This document shows, piece after piece, positions 35,427 to 45,523 of a stretch of DNA of 64,000 nucleotides (its first letter is position 1; each line of letters starts with the position of its first letter). Below the pieces are notes generated by a model, which ran no database searches, was not told the DNA's origin, and saw only the letters and a list, made by a program, of their open reading frames with translations. The position numbers were made by a program, and so were the translations under genes. Origin of the DNA: an uncultured Anaerolineales bacterium (GTDB lineage Bacteria; Chloroflexota; Anaerolineae; Anaerolineales; UBA11858); contig CAZUSV010000001.1 in the NCBI GenBank assembly GCA_964622645.1, forward strand, positions 5,317 to 69,316, in the 5' to 3' direction.

Positions 35427-36365
35427 ATGGCCTCAACCAATCCACAAGCATTATCAGAGCGGCGTGGACCACGCTTGGGTGATCGCACGATTCAAAACCT
35501 ATTTATCTGGCCTACTTTGATACTGCTGATTTTGATCAATGTTTTTCCCCTTTTCTACAGTCTTTATTTGAGCTTTACCGACTACTCAGCCATTGCCCGC
35601 CAGGCTCCAACGTGGATCGGCTTTGCCAACTTTGCAGAAGTGCTCAACGATGAGCAGTTGTGGAAATACTTTGCCACAACGGGTCGCTTTGCCTTTCTCA
35701 CGGTTGGGTTGCAAACCCTGCTTGGATTTGGTTTAGCAATGCTTGTGCGGGAAAAATTTGCGGGCAGCGGCATTATTACAACTCTGATCCTGATTCCGAT
35801 GATGCTCTCGCCTGTGGTGGTCGGGCTCTTTTGGAAGCTCATGTACAACCCGACCTTTGGTTACCTGAATTTCCTTTTAGGTTTTACCAATCCAGCGGTC
35901 GCGCCCGACTGGTTGGCCAGTCGTATTGGCAACCAACCCACACCGGGTCTGGCTTTGTGGTCTGTGGTGCTGGTCGATGTGTGGATGTGGAGCCCCTTTG
36001 TTATGCTGTTGGCGCTTTCTGGGTTGAAAGCCATCCCGGATTATCTCTATGAGGCTGCTTCTATTGACCGCGCCAGTCCCTGGTTCCAATTCTGGCGCAT
36101 CACTGTGCCTCAGGTTGCCCCGCTATTGTTGATTGCGATCTTGTTTAGGACCATCGAGGCTTTCAAAGCGTTCGATTTGGTCATGGGGATGACCGGAGGG
36201 GGGCCGGGTGACCAGACGGAGTTGATCGCTGTGAACCTATATCGCTTAGCGTTTACACAGTGGGATACAGGGGTTTCTAGCGCATTGGCGTATATTATCT
36301 TGATCATCATTATCGCCATCAGCAATCTCTATATTAAGTATTTGAACCAGATGAGAGGCGAATAA
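35427..36365 (+). CDS. carbohydrate ABC transporter permease (MalF/UgpA-like)
   Basis: Six-TM permease with EAA-loop region EAASIDRASPWFQFWRITVPQVAP. Start moved to ATG 35427 (RBS GAGGA). Confidence 0.85.
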   Translation: MASTNPQALSERRGPRLGDRTIQNLFIWPTLILLILINVFPLFYSLYLSFTDYSAIARQAPTWIGFANFAEVLNDEQLWKYFATTGRFAFLTVGLQTLLGFGLAMLVREKFAGSGIITTLILIPMMLSPVVVGLFWKLMYNPTFGYLNFLLGFTNPAVAPDWLASRIGNQPTPGLALWSVVLVDVWMWSPFVMLLALSGLKAIPDYLYEAASIDRASPWFQFWRITVPQVAPLLLIAILFRTIEAFKAFDLVMGMTGGGPGDQTELIAVNLYRLAFTQWDTGVSSALAYIILIIIIAISNLYIKYLNQMRGE

Positions 36366-36367
36366 CC

Positions 36368-37456
36368 ATGGCTACTTTTGAAGAAACGGGCCCACGCGCT
36401 CCGGTAACCACAAGTACGCGGGTTGATAAAATTCGCCCAAGTGCACGTGTTGGGAAATCGATCCGCATGGTCATTGTATTTATATTGACGATTGTTGGCT
36501 TGGTCCCAGTCGTTGCTATGGGGATTACGGCCTTCAAATCCCGCAGTGCTGTGGTCTCTGTCCCCCCCAGTTTGATCCCAGTACCCGATGGAGATGAACT
36601 GCGCGTCGAAGCGGTCGAGTTGTGGCGGGAAACCAAAGAGACGAGTATCGAGCGTCACTATTTCGAACCAACCCTGGAAGGCTTCGTCTTCTTGTTGACC
36701 GAACGGGCCCAGGCGGGTCCAGCCCGAGCTGAAGAACTCAAGGAACTGGCTCAAAAAGGTGACTTGTCGGTCTTTGACCAGATCGCCTTGAATAATGGAC
36801 AGGAGATCCTGGGACCGAGCGATTACGTCTTTCGATTACGCAACTCGCTGATCATCGCTGGAGTATCCACTGTTGCCTCGGTAGTTTTGGGGTTATTTGC
36901 GGCCTACTCTTTCAGCCGCTTTAACATCAAAGGTGAAAGCGATCTGCTCTTTTTCATCCTGAGCACGCGTATGTTGCCGCCGGTTGTCGTCACTATTCCG
37001 CTCTTCTTGATGTACCGGCAGCTAAAATTGCACGATGCCCATCTCGGAATGATCTTGCTGTATACAGTATTTAACCTTTCCCTTTCTGTTTGGCTGCTTA
37101 AAGGTTTTATCGACGAAATCCCTAAAGAATACGAAGAGGCAGCCCTTGTTGATGGGTATACACGATTGCAGGCATTTTTCAGAATCGTGCTGCCGCAGGC
37201 CGTAACTGGTATAGCCGCCACAACTGTTTTCTGCATGATCTTTGCCTGGAACGAGTATGCCTTCGCGCTTATGCTGACCAGTGAAAAGGCCCGTACGGCC
37301 CCGCCCAGTATTGCCACGATGTTGGGCAGGGGAGGCATAGAGTGGTCTGCCATTGCTGCAGGGAGTTTAGGATTCTTGATTCCAGTGGTGATCGTGACTT
37401 TCGCGCTGAGGAACTATTTGTTGCGTGGTGTCACCTTCGGCGCAGTGCGAAAATAG
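36368..37456 (+). CDS. carbohydrate ABC transporter permease (MalG/UgpE-like) with an unusually long first extracytoplasmic loop
   Basis: EAA loop EAALVDGYTRLQAFFRIVLPQAV. About 100 extra hydrophilic residues between TM1 and TM2 (SRSAVVSVPP...SDYVFRLRNS). Confidence 0.85.
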   Translation: MATFEETGPRAPVTTSTRVDKIRPSARVGKSIRMVIVFILTIVGLVPVVAMGITAFKSRSAVVSVPPSLIPVPDGDELRVEAVELWRETKETSIERHYFEPTLEGFVFLLTERAQAGPARAEELKELAQKGDLSVFDQIALNNGQEILGPSDYVFRLRNSLIIAGVSTVASVVLGLFAAYSFSRFNIKGESDLLFFILSTRMLPPVVVTIPLFLMYRQLKLHDAHLGMILLYTVFNLSLSVWLLKGFIDEIPKEYEEAALVDGYTRLQAFFRIVLPQAVTGIAATTVFCMIFAWNEYAFALMLTSEKARTAPPSIATMLGRGGIEWSAIAAGSLGFLIPVVIVTFALRNYLLRGVTFGAVRK

Positions 37457-37468
37457 CAGGATGTGATT

Positions 37469-38569
37469 ATGGCTACTATTGAACTAAAGCAAATTGAGAA
37501 GAGATTTGGCGATCTTCATGCTGTCAAGCCAATGGACTTGACCATCAATGATGGAGAGTTTGTCGTTTTGCTGGGCCCCTCGGGTTGTGGAAAAACGACC
37601 ACCCTGCGGATGATCTCGGGACTGGAAGCGGTTAGTGGGGGAGAGATTACCCTGGATGGACGCAATGTGACCTGGTTGCATCCCAGCGATCGTGATATCG
37701 CCTTTGTGTTCCAATTATACGCTCTGTACCCGCACCTGTCCGCCCGACAGAATATTGCCTTCCCATTGCAAGCGCAAGGCGAATCCCGCGAGACGATTGA
37801 TAAACGTATCAATGAGGTTGTAGTGATGCTGCGCATCGAGCACCTGCTCAAGGCAAGACCAGGTAAGTTAAGCGGGGGTGATCAACAGCGTGTGGCTCTG
37901 GCGCGTGCCCTGGTGCGCCGTCCGGCGGCCTTCTTGATGGACGAGCCATTAGGCGCTTTGGACGCAGATTTTCGAGAAGCGATGCGTGCCGAGATCAAAC
38001 GCCTGCATATTGCGCAACATGCCACCACCGTATACGTCACCCACGATCAGGTTGAGGCAATGGCCATGGGCGATCGCATCGTAGTCATGTCTGCCGCGGA
38101 AATCCAGCAAGTGGGCACACCGGCAGAGGTCTACTACAAACCATCCAATTTGTTTGTGGCTCGATTTATCGGTAGTCCCGGGATGAACCTGGTTGCTGGG
38201 AATTACGCCGACGGCCTTGTACGGCTGGCTGGAACTGATATCCAATATAAGGTTACCCAAGATTGGCAGAAACCCGTCAGCGAAGGAATCGATGGACAGG
38301 GTGAGGTCATTATCGGTTTCCGGCCCGAGGCGGCAAAATTGAGCGAAAATGGCGAACTATCTGGCGAAGTATATGCCAGCGAATTGCAGGGCGCCTATAC
38401 CGTCTTACATGTCAACATCAACGAACATGAGATTGTGCATATTCGTAGCGACCGGATGGTGAATTACCCCATCGGCGCGTCAGTAAAGTTTGACCTAGAT
38501 CCCCAGATGGTGCGCTTCTTCGAACCTACCACTGAATATGCCATCCGACGGGAGGTGGGTGATGAGTAA
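37469..38569 (+). CDS. ABC transporter ATP-binding protein (MalK/UgpC-like), copy 1
   Basis: Walker A GPSGCGKTT, signature LSGGDQQRVALARAL, Walker B FLMDEPL, C-terminal TOBE-like regulatory domain. Confidence 0.9.
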   Translation: MATIELKQIEKRFGDLHAVKPMDLTINDGEFVVLLGPSGCGKTTTLRMISGLEAVSGGEITLDGRNVTWLHPSDRDIAFVFQLYALYPHLSARQNIAFPLQAQGESRETIDKRINEVVVMLRIEHLLKARPGKLSGGDQQRVALARALVRRPAAFLMDEPLGALDADFREAMRAEIKRLHIAQHATTVYVTHDQVEAMAMGDRIVVMSAAEIQQVGTPAEVYYKPSNLFVARFIGSPGMNLVAGNYADGLVRLAGTDIQYKVTQDWQKPVSEGIDGQGEVIIGFRPEAAKLSENGELSGEVYASELQGAYTVLHVNINEHEIVHIRSDRMVNYPIGASVKFDLDPQMVRFFEPTTEYAIRREVGDE

Positions 38570-39623
38570 TGTCAAAATCAATCATATAACCAAGCATTTC
38601 CCAGGTGTCACCGCCTTGAAGGATGTCTCCTTCGAAATCCAGGATGGAGAATTCTTTGTCTTGTTAGGCCCCACTGGGGCAGGAAAGACAACCACCTTGC
38701 GTGTGATTGCCGGTTTGGAGAGACAAGATGAAGGCAGTGTTACCTTTGATGATGTGCCTGTTGATAATGCGCCTCCAGCGGAACGTGACATCGCCTTTGT
38801 CTTTCAGCAGTATTCCTTGTATCCGACAATGACGGTCTATGACAATCTGGCTTTCCCGCTGCGTTCACCGATGAGAAAAATCTCCGAAGACGAGATTCGT
38901 GCAAAGGTCGCAGATACTGCAGAGACGCTGCGTATCAGCCACCTGCTGGAACGAAAGACAGCCAATTTGTCGGGCGGCGAGATGCAGCGAGTTTCTATCG
39001 GACGCGCCATTGTCCGGGAGCCACGCATCTTCCTGATGGATGAGCCCCTCTCGAATCTGGATGCTAAATTGCGAGAAGCCCTGCGCGTGGAACTGCAGCA
39101 CTTGCAGAAAACCCAGGGCAGCACGACCTTGTTCGTAACCCACGATCAAATCGAAGCCCTGACCATGGCAGATCGTATTGCCGTTTTGAATGAGGGACGC
39201 ATCATTCAAGTGGGTAGCCCGGAAGATATCTATGACCGTCCGGCAACGACCTTTGTGGCCACATTGGTCGGTACACCTCGCATTAACCTGTTTGAAGCTC
39301 ACCGAGAAAACAGCCGTGTCCTGATCAAAGACACCTCCTTACATTTGCCCGCTCCGAAGGATTGTGCTTTACCGGGGACGTTCACCCTAGGTATTCGTCC
39401 CGAGGACATCCATCCCGATTCCGCTGGAGAGTTTACCGGCCAGGTGGCCTTGACGGAGCCTTTAGGTGTAGAAACCATCTTACATATTCAATCAGGTGAG
39501 CGGACCTTGGTGAGTCTGGTTCCCGGCATGACAGATGTCAAGATCGGTGATGAGTTGAAGTACAAGATCACCCACGAGCGCATTCACTGTTTTGGATTGG
39601 ATGGAAGTCGAATTCAAAATTGA
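38562..39623 (+). CDS. ABC transporter ATP-binding protein (MalK/UgpC-like), copy 2
   Basis: Walker A GPTGAGKTT, signature LSGGEMQRVSIGRAI, Walker B FLMDEPL. ATG 38562 (RBS GGGAGG) overlaps the stop of copy 1 by 8 nt. Confidence 0.9.
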   Translation: MSNVKINHITKHFPGVTALKDVSFEIQDGEFFVLLGPTGAGKTTTLRVIAGLERQDEGSVTFDDVPVDNAPPAERDIAFVFQQYSLYPTMTVYDNLAFPLRSPMRKISEDEIRAKVADTAETLRISHLLERKTANLSGGEMQRVSIGRAIVREPRIFLMDEPLSNLDAKLREALRVELQHLQKTQGSTTLFVTHDQIEALTMADRIAVLNEGRIIQVGSPEDIYDRPATTFVATLVGTPRINLFEAHRENSRVLIKDTSLHLPAPKDCALPGTFTLGIRPEDIHPDSAGEFTGQVALTEPLGVETILHIQSGERTLVSLVPGMTDVKIGDELKYKITHERIHCFGLDGSRIQN

Positions 39624-39650
39624 TTTTCGATCGAGGAAGGAGAGGAAACC

Positions 39651-40499
39651 ATGAAATTTGGTGTAAACACCTGGGTATGGACATCACCCCTTACTACAGA
39701 AAAATTAACCGAATTGGCACCAACTATAGCTGATATCGGGTTTGATCAGATCGAAGTGCCGCTGGAAAGTCTCGATGATCTGGATTTTCGGGAAGGGAAT
39801 GCTATCATCAAAGACAACAATCTATTGGTGAGCGCCTGTGCAGCCATGGGTCCGGATCGTGATTTGATCCATCCCGAAGCGGATATTCGCGAAAATGGCC
39901 TCGATTACCTGCGCGGTTGTATCGAGGCCTGCCAGACCCTGGGGGCGACCAATCTGGTGGGTCCGCTGTATTCTTCCGTCGGCCGAACCTGGCAGCAAAC
40001 ACCTGACGATCGTGCCAAAGACCTGGATCTGCTGGTCGAAAATCTAGGCGCTCTGGCAGCGTACGCCGCAGATCATGGTGTCATCTTGTGTGTCGAACCA
40101 CTCAACCGTTTCGAGACTAGTTTTATCAATCTGGCAGAACAAGCCATTGAAGTCGTCGATCGGGTGGATCATCCGGCATGCCAGATCATGTTAGATACTT
40201 TCCATATGAATATCGAAGAGAAGTCCCTTGGTGAAGCCATCCGGGCAGTTGGACCGCGTCTCAAGCACCTGCATAGTTGTGAAAATGATCGCGGTGCTCC
40301 TGGCTCTGGCAACGTCACCTGGAACGAAGTCGCCGAGGCTCTCAAGGCGATCAATTACGATGGTCCGGTGGTGATCGAGTCCTTCACCCCTGAAGTGAAG
40401 AGCATTGCTCGTGCTGCGGCTATCTGGCGTCAGCTGGCTCCCAGTTCTGAGTCCCTGGCGCAAGATGGGCTCAAATTCTTGAAAGGATTGCTCAATTAA
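39651..40499 (+). CDS. xylose-isomerase-fold TIM barrel, ketose 3-epimerase-like (sugar phosphate isomerase/epimerase family)
   Basis: 282 aa. ILCVEPLNRFE and MLDTFHMNIEE motifs as in D-tagatose/D-psicose 3-epimerases. RBS GGAAGGAG. Confidence 0.7.
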   Translation: MKFGVNTWVWTSPLTTEKLTELAPTIADIGFDQIEVPLESLDDLDFREGNAIIKDNNLLVSACAAMGPDRDLIHPEADIRENGLDYLRGCIEACQTLGATNLVGPLYSSVGRTWQQTPDDRAKDLDLLVENLGALAAYAADHGVILCVEPLNRFETSFINLAEQAIEVVDRVDHPACQIMLDTFHMNIEEKSLGEAIRAVGPRLKHLHSCENDRGAPGSGNVTWNEVAEALKAINYDGPVVIESFTPEVKSIARAAAIWRQLAPSSESLAQDGLKFLKGLLN

Positions 40500-40678
40500 G
40501 TAAACCGCTAAGGCGCGAAGAACGTAGTTGAATAAGCGCAAAGGCATAAGATCAGGTTATATAAATTTAGAAGCGTGTTTTCCCAATTCCATCTTTGCGA
40601 CCTTTGTGTCTTCGCAGTGAAGAATTTTTCATAAGTACCGTATTGGCACCAAGTTAAATCACGAAAGGAGTAGAAGTC

Positions 40679-41683
40679 ATGGCAAGACCTGTCACATTAT
40701 TTACCGGCCAATGGGCCGATCTGACCCTGGAAGACCTGGCGAAAAAAGTCAGTGGATGGGGTTTCGATGGCCTGGAACTGGCTTGTTGGGGGGACCACTT
40801 TGAGGTCGACAAAGCCCTGGAGGACGATGGCTATGTGAAGACCCGCTGGGACATCCTCAACAAATACAACCTGAAATGCTTCGCCATCAGCACCCACCTG
40901 GTTGGGCAGTGCGTTGCGGATGATCCCATCGATGAGCGCCACCAACGCATTTTGCCAGAACGCCTGTGGGGGGATGGTGATCCTGAAGGTGTCCGCCAAC
41001 GCTGCGCCCAGGAGATGAAGGATACTGCCATAGCTGCCAAGAAATTTGGCGTCGACGTTGTCAATGGCTTCACCGGCAGCGCGGTCTGGAAGAACTTGTA
41101 CTTCTTCCCTCCCACCACGCAAGATGATATCAATAAGGGCTATGAAGACTTTGCTGCTCGCTGGAAGCCGATCATGGACGTCTTCCAAGAGAATGGCATC
41201 AAATTTGGCCTGGAAGTGCACCCCACTGAGATTGCCTACGACATCATTACCTCACACCGGGCTTTGGAGGCTCTGGATCATCATCCTGCCTTTGGTTTCA
41301 ACTTCGACCCCAGCCACTTTGTACACCAATTCCTTGACCCGGTCGAATTCATCAATGACTTCGCTGACCGTATCTGGCATATGCATGTCAAAGATTCGCG
41401 CGTACAGCTCACCGGACGCAACAGCATCCTTGCCTCTCACCTGGATTTTGGTGATCATCGGCGCGGCTGGGACTTCGTTTCACCGGGACGGGGTGGCGTG
41501 GATTGGGACAAAATCGTGCGCGCCCTCAATCGCGTTGGTTATGATGGCCCGCTGTCCATCGAGTGGGAAGACTCGGGCATGGACCGCGAATGGGGTGCCC
41601 CTGAAGCCCTAGAAATGATCCGCAATCAGGACTTCACGCCTTCGGCTGTAGCCTTCGATGCGGCCTTCAGTTCAGATGATTGA
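40679..41683 (+). CDS. sugar phosphate isomerase/epimerase-family TIM barrel (larger subtype usually paired with a Gfo/Idh/MocA oxidoreductase)
   Basis: 334 aa. [56 protein letters not shown]. Confidence 0.7.
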   Translation: MARPVTLFTGQWADLTLEDLAKKVSGWGFDGLELACWGDHFEVDKALEDDGYVKTRWDILNKYNLKCFAISTHLVGQCVADDPIDERHQRILPERLWGDGDPEGVRQRCAQEMKDTAIAAKKFGVDVVNGFTGSAVWKNLYFFPPTTQDDINKGYEDFAARWKPIMDVFQENGIKFGLEVHPTEIAYDIITSHRALEALDHHPAFGFNFDPSHFVHQFLDPVEFINDFADRIWHMHVKDSRVQLTGRNSILASHLDFGDHRRGWDFVSPGRGGVDWDKIVRALNRVGYDGPLSIEWEDSGMDREWGAPEALEMIRNQDFTPSAVAFDAAFSSDD

Positions 41684-41728
41684 CTCGCGCGGTATGCGCG
41701 TGATTGGAAAGTATTAGGAGGTTTTTTA

Positions 41729-42934
41729 ATGAGCGAAGAAAAGAAACAATCCTTTACGGCGCAGGCCGGGGCTAAAGCCGAGGGTGATGTGCCAGTTATA
41801 GGTATTGGAATGCTGGGCTATGCCTTCATGGGCAAAGCCCATTCCAATGCTTTCAAGAAGATCCCCTATATGATGTACCCGCCTCCTGCCATCCCTGGCT
41901 TGGCAGCAATTTGTGGACGCAATGAAGAAGCTACTGCTGAAGCAGCCAAGCGATTTGGCTATGCCAAATACTACACCGATTGGCGTGAAATGCTGGAAGA
42001 TGAGGCTGTTCAACTCTTTGATAATGGTGGTCCCAATGACACCCATGCCGAGCCCTGCAATACGGCGGCCGCAGCCGGCAAGCATATCCTTTGTGAGAAG
42101 CCCCTTGCCCGCACAGCTGAAGAATCCAAGGGTATGTTGGACGCCGTCGAAAAGGCTGGCGTCAAGCACATGGTGGCCTTTAACTACCGCTTTGTTCCTG
42201 CTATCCGCCAGATTCGCAACCTGATCGACAGCGGCGCATTGGGGAAGATCTATCACTGGCGTGCAGTTTACAACCAGGAATGGATTTTGCCCCACTATGG
42301 CACCCCCAAGATTTGGCGCTTAGATAAGAGTGTTGCTGGTAGTGGTGCTCTTGGCGACCTGGGTGCCCACATCATTGATCTGGCACACTATCTGGTTGGT
42401 GGTGTTAAGAGCCTGTCCGCCTACACAAAGACATTTATCGAAGAACGCCCCATGCCTGATGACTCGAGCAAAATGGGGAAGGTCGATGTCGATGATGCTT
42501 ATGTTGCGGTTTGTGAATTCGAGAACGGCGCCTTAGGAACCTTCGAATCGACACGCTTTGCCCTTGGGCGCAAGAACTTCAATAATTTCGAGATCAATGG
42601 CGAGAAGGCCAGCGTGCGATTCAATCTTGAGCGATTGAACGAGTTCGACATCTTCTATCGCGATCATGAACCAAAGGAGACTATGGGCTGGACGAATGTC
42701 CTGGTTACCGAAGGCCATCATCCCTGGTGGGAGAATTGGTGGCCGCATGGTCATATCATTGGCTGGGAACACACTTTCGTGCACGAGGTTACTCATCTGT
42801 TAGATTGCATTGTCAATGATAAAGAGGTTGGCCCTCATGGTGCGACCTTCGAAGATGGTTACCGAACTGCTGTAATTTGTGATGCAATCACCGAAGCATC
42901 AGCTACGAAGAAACAGGTAGATATAAAGTATTAG
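41729..42934 (+). CDS. Gfo/Idh/MocA-family NAD(P)-dependent oxidoreductase
   Basis: Rossmann N-terminus VIGIGMLGYAFMGKAHSNAF. GKHILCEKPLA motif. 401 aa. Confidence 0.85.
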   Translation: MSEEKKQSFTAQAGAKAEGDVPVIGIGMLGYAFMGKAHSNAFKKIPYMMYPPPAIPGLAAICGRNEEATAEAAKRFGYAKYYTDWREMLEDEAVQLFDNGGPNDTHAEPCNTAAAAGKHILCEKPLARTAEESKGMLDAVEKAGVKHMVAFNYRFVPAIRQIRNLIDSGALGKIYHWRAVYNQEWILPHYGTPKIWRLDKSVAGSGALGDLGAHIIDLAHYLVGGVKSLSAYTKTFIEERPMPDDSSKMGKVDVDDAYVAVCEFENGALGTFESTRFALGRKNFNNFEINGEKASVRFNLERLNEFDIFYRDHEPKETMGWTNVLVTEGHHPWWENWWPHGHIIGWEHTFVHEVTHLLDCIVNDKEVGPHGATFEDGYRTAVICDAITEASATKKQVDIKY

Positions 42935-43023
42935 CGGGGGAGACAGGGAGAAGGGGAGCAAGGGAGAAGCATCACCCCTGCTCCCCGTCACCCATGCGCC
43001 CCATACAAAAAAACGGAGTCAAT

Positions 43024-43467
43024 ATGGCAGAGACTCGCTTTAAATTCCCCTTTGGACTAGTAATTACGGCCGTTGTGCTGCTGATTTTGGGGCTGGCTGC
43101 TGGGCCTCTGATCCGCTCATGGGCGACAGAAGAACAGCTTGCTACGAATGTGCTGCTTAGCGCCATTCCATTTATTTTGATCTTTGTGTCGATTCTTTTA
43201 GGGTTCATCACGGTGATCACGGTGGTTGCCAGGCTGCTCAACGACAAGATACAGCCAAAAATCTATCGTGTCATCGAAGGTGTCATCATTGCGGGTATCG
43301 TTTTAGGTGTCGTTGGTCTGTTCCAACCCTGGCAAATGATATTTTATAAATATGGTTTCATGGTTCTATTGATCTCTACGCTATCATTTATCCTATGGAG
43401 TCACGTCCGGCCTGCGAGAGAGCAGCGACAAGAAGAGATTGCGACCGTGTCCTCAGTGGGTGAATGA
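43024..43467 (+). CDS. small membrane protein, unknown function
   Basis: Four hydrophobic helices. ATG 43024 with RBS ACGGAG preferred over ATG 42994. Confidence 0.45.
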   Translation: MAETRFKFPFGLVITAVVLLILGLAAGPLIRSWATEEQLATNVLLSAIPFILIFVSILLGFITVITVVARLLNDKIQPKIYRVIEGVIIAGIVLGVVGLFQPWQMIFYKYGFMVLLISTLSFILWSHVRPAREQRQEEIATVSSVGE

Positions 43468-43478
43468 TAGGAGTAGTG

Positions 43479-43967
43479 ATGACAGATCGCTATACTCCCA
43501 AACCAGAACATAAATTTACCTTCGGCCTTTGGACTGTTGGGAATATTGGACGAGATCCTTTTGGCGAGCCCGTACGTGAGCCGCTTTCGCCCGTAGAGTT
43601 AGTTCACCTTCTCGCGGAAGTGGGTGCTTACGGGGTCAACCTGCATGATAACGACCTGGTGCCCATTGATGCAACACCGGCTGAACGAGAACAAATCGTC
43701 AAGGATTTTGCCCGCGGCTGCATGCGCACGTACTTGATCTTGAAGCAAAAAGCCGATCAGTGGAACCAGGACAAAGAAATTCAGGCTTTGGTAGCTGAGA
43801 TCAACGCTGATCCAGAAGGTGCTGCAACTCTTGTAGGAGCTTACAGCACCGAGAAAGCCAGGCTACTCAAAGGTAAATCCTTCGACCGAAAGGCTCTAGG
43901 GGCACGCGGCCTGCCTTATGAGCGCCTTGACCAGTTGACAGTGGAAGTTTTATTGGGTATGCGCTAG
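43479..43967 (+). pseudogene. xylA: class I (actinobacterial-type) xylose isomerase with a large in-frame internal deletion
   Basis: The N-terminal part [58 protein letters not shown] joins directly to the C-terminal part [16 protein letters not shown]...[21 protein letters not shown]. The central part of about 230 residues that carries the metal ligands in Streptomyces-type XylA is absent. Confidence 0.7.
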
Positions 43968-43999
43968 CTTGGAAGGATTTCATTAAGCTTGGAGAAAGC

Positions 44000-45496
44000 A
44001 TGTCCTATTTTTTAGGAATTGACACCTCGACAACGGCTACGAAGGCCCTGTTGATCGATGAGATGGGGATGGTGATCGGCGTAGCTGCGACGACCTATCC
44101 TTATGATACACCTGAGCCCCTTTGGAGTGAGCAGGATCCCGCTTTGTGGTGGGATGCCACGCATCGCAGCGTTGGTCAAGTCATCAAGGAAACCGGTGTC
44201 GCTCCCAAGGATATTGCCGCTGTAGGACTCACCGGCCAAATGCACGGGCTGGTGCTGCTCGATGAGGCAGGCGAGGTGCTGCGACCTGCTATCCTTTGGA
44301 ACGACCAGCGCACTGGGGCACAATGCGATGAGATCCGTACCCGGTTAGGAAAAGATCGTCTGATCCAAATTACCGGCAACGATGCCCTGACTGGTTTCAC
44401 CGCCCCGAAAATTTTGTGGGTGGCGGGTAATGAGCCTGAAATTTATGCCAAAACGCGACAAATCTTGCTGCCTAAAGATTACCTGCGTTATAAGTTGACC
44501 AATGCATATGCAATGGATCGGGCCGGCGGCGCAGGTACACTGCTCTTCGATTTGAAAACCCGTACCTGGTCGGCCGAAGTCCTCTCTGCCCTGGATATTC
44601 CCGCTGAATGGCTGCCGCCGACATATGAAGGCCCTCAAGTGACCGGCACGATCAGCGCTGAAGCTGCCTCGGTGACCGGGCTGGCTGAAGGAACACCTGT
44701 AGTGGGCGGCGGTGGTGATCAGGCTGCCCAGGCCGTCGGTGTTGGGGCTGTGCACCCTGGTGTGATTGCGCTTACCCTGGGTACTTCCGGCGTAGTGTTT
44801 GCCACGACAGAGTCTCCCCTGATAGAACCCGAGGGACGCTTGCACGCCTTTTGCCACGCTGTGCCAGATCGCTGGCATTTTATGGGTGTGATGCTCAGCG
44901 CAGCGGGCAGTTTGCAGTGGTATCGCGATACCTTTGTCCCAGAGATCAGCTTCGATGATTTGGTGAGTGAAGCAAATGATGTGCCGCCTGGTTGCGAGGG
45001 AGTATTGTTTTTGCCCTATCTGACCGGTGAGCGCACCCCGCATCCTGATCCGCTGGCGCGCGGCGCTTTTGTCGGGCTGACCGTACGCCACAGGCGAGCC
45101 CATCTCACCCGTGCAGTTTTGGAAGGGGTCGCCTTTGGCATCAAGGACAGTTTCACTTTGATCCAGAACGCCGGATTGGGAGATATCGAGCAGGTGCGTA
45201 TTTCGGGTGGTGGCGCCAAAAGCCCCATCTGGCGCCAGATCATTGCCGATGTGCTGGGTGTCGAACTGGTCACGGTCAACACCACTGAGGGAGCGGCTTA
45301 TGGCGCCGCTTTGCTAGCTGGCGTTGGCGCGGGAGCGTTCGATAGCGTCCCCGCGGCCTGTGAAGCTGCGATTCAGATCACCGGACGTACCACCCCGAGC
45401 AAAGCATCGCAGATCTATCAGAAGGTGTATCCTCGTTATCAGGCCTTATACCCAGCATTGAAGAACGAGTTCAAAGCCTTATCAACTCTCAATTGA
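44000..45496 (+). CDS. xylB: xylulokinase (FGGY family)
   Basis: YFLGIDTSTTATKALLIDEMG, GLTGQMHGLVLLD, ISGGGAKSPIWRQIIADVLG. 498 aa. Confidence 0.85.
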   Translation: MSYFLGIDTSTTATKALLIDEMGMVIGVAATTYPYDTPEPLWSEQDPALWWDATHRSVGQVIKETGVAPKDIAAVGLTGQMHGLVLLDEAGEVLRPAILWNDQRTGAQCDEIRTRLGKDRLIQITGNDALTGFTAPKILWVAGNEPEIYAKTRQILLPKDYLRYKLTNAYAMDRAGGAGTLLFDLKTRTWSAEVLSALDIPAEWLPPTYEGPQVTGTISAEAASVTGLAEGTPVVGGGGDQAAQAVGVGAVHPGVIALTLGTSGVVFATTESPLIEPEGRLHAFCHAVPDRWHFMGVMLSAAGSLQWYRDTFVPEISFDDLVSEANDVPPGCEGVLFLPYLTGERTPHPDPLARGAFVGLTVRHRRAHLTRAVLEGVAFGIKDSFTLIQNAGLGDIEQVRISGGGAKSPIWRQIIADVLGVELVTVNTTEGAAYGAALLAGVGAGAFDSVPAACEAAIQITGRTTPSKASQIYQKVYPRYQALYPALKNEFKALSTLN

Positions 45497-45523
45497 CAAT
45501 TCAGAATTACTAATTATCTCTTG

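Noticed and set aside
37469-39623. The second MalK-like ATPase considered as a recent tandem duplicate or pseudogene.
   Set aside because: Both copies keep Walker A/B, signature, Q-loop, H-loop context and full-length regulatory domains, and they differ substantially in sequence. Both look functional, so they are reported as a heterodimer hypothesis inside the locus finding.
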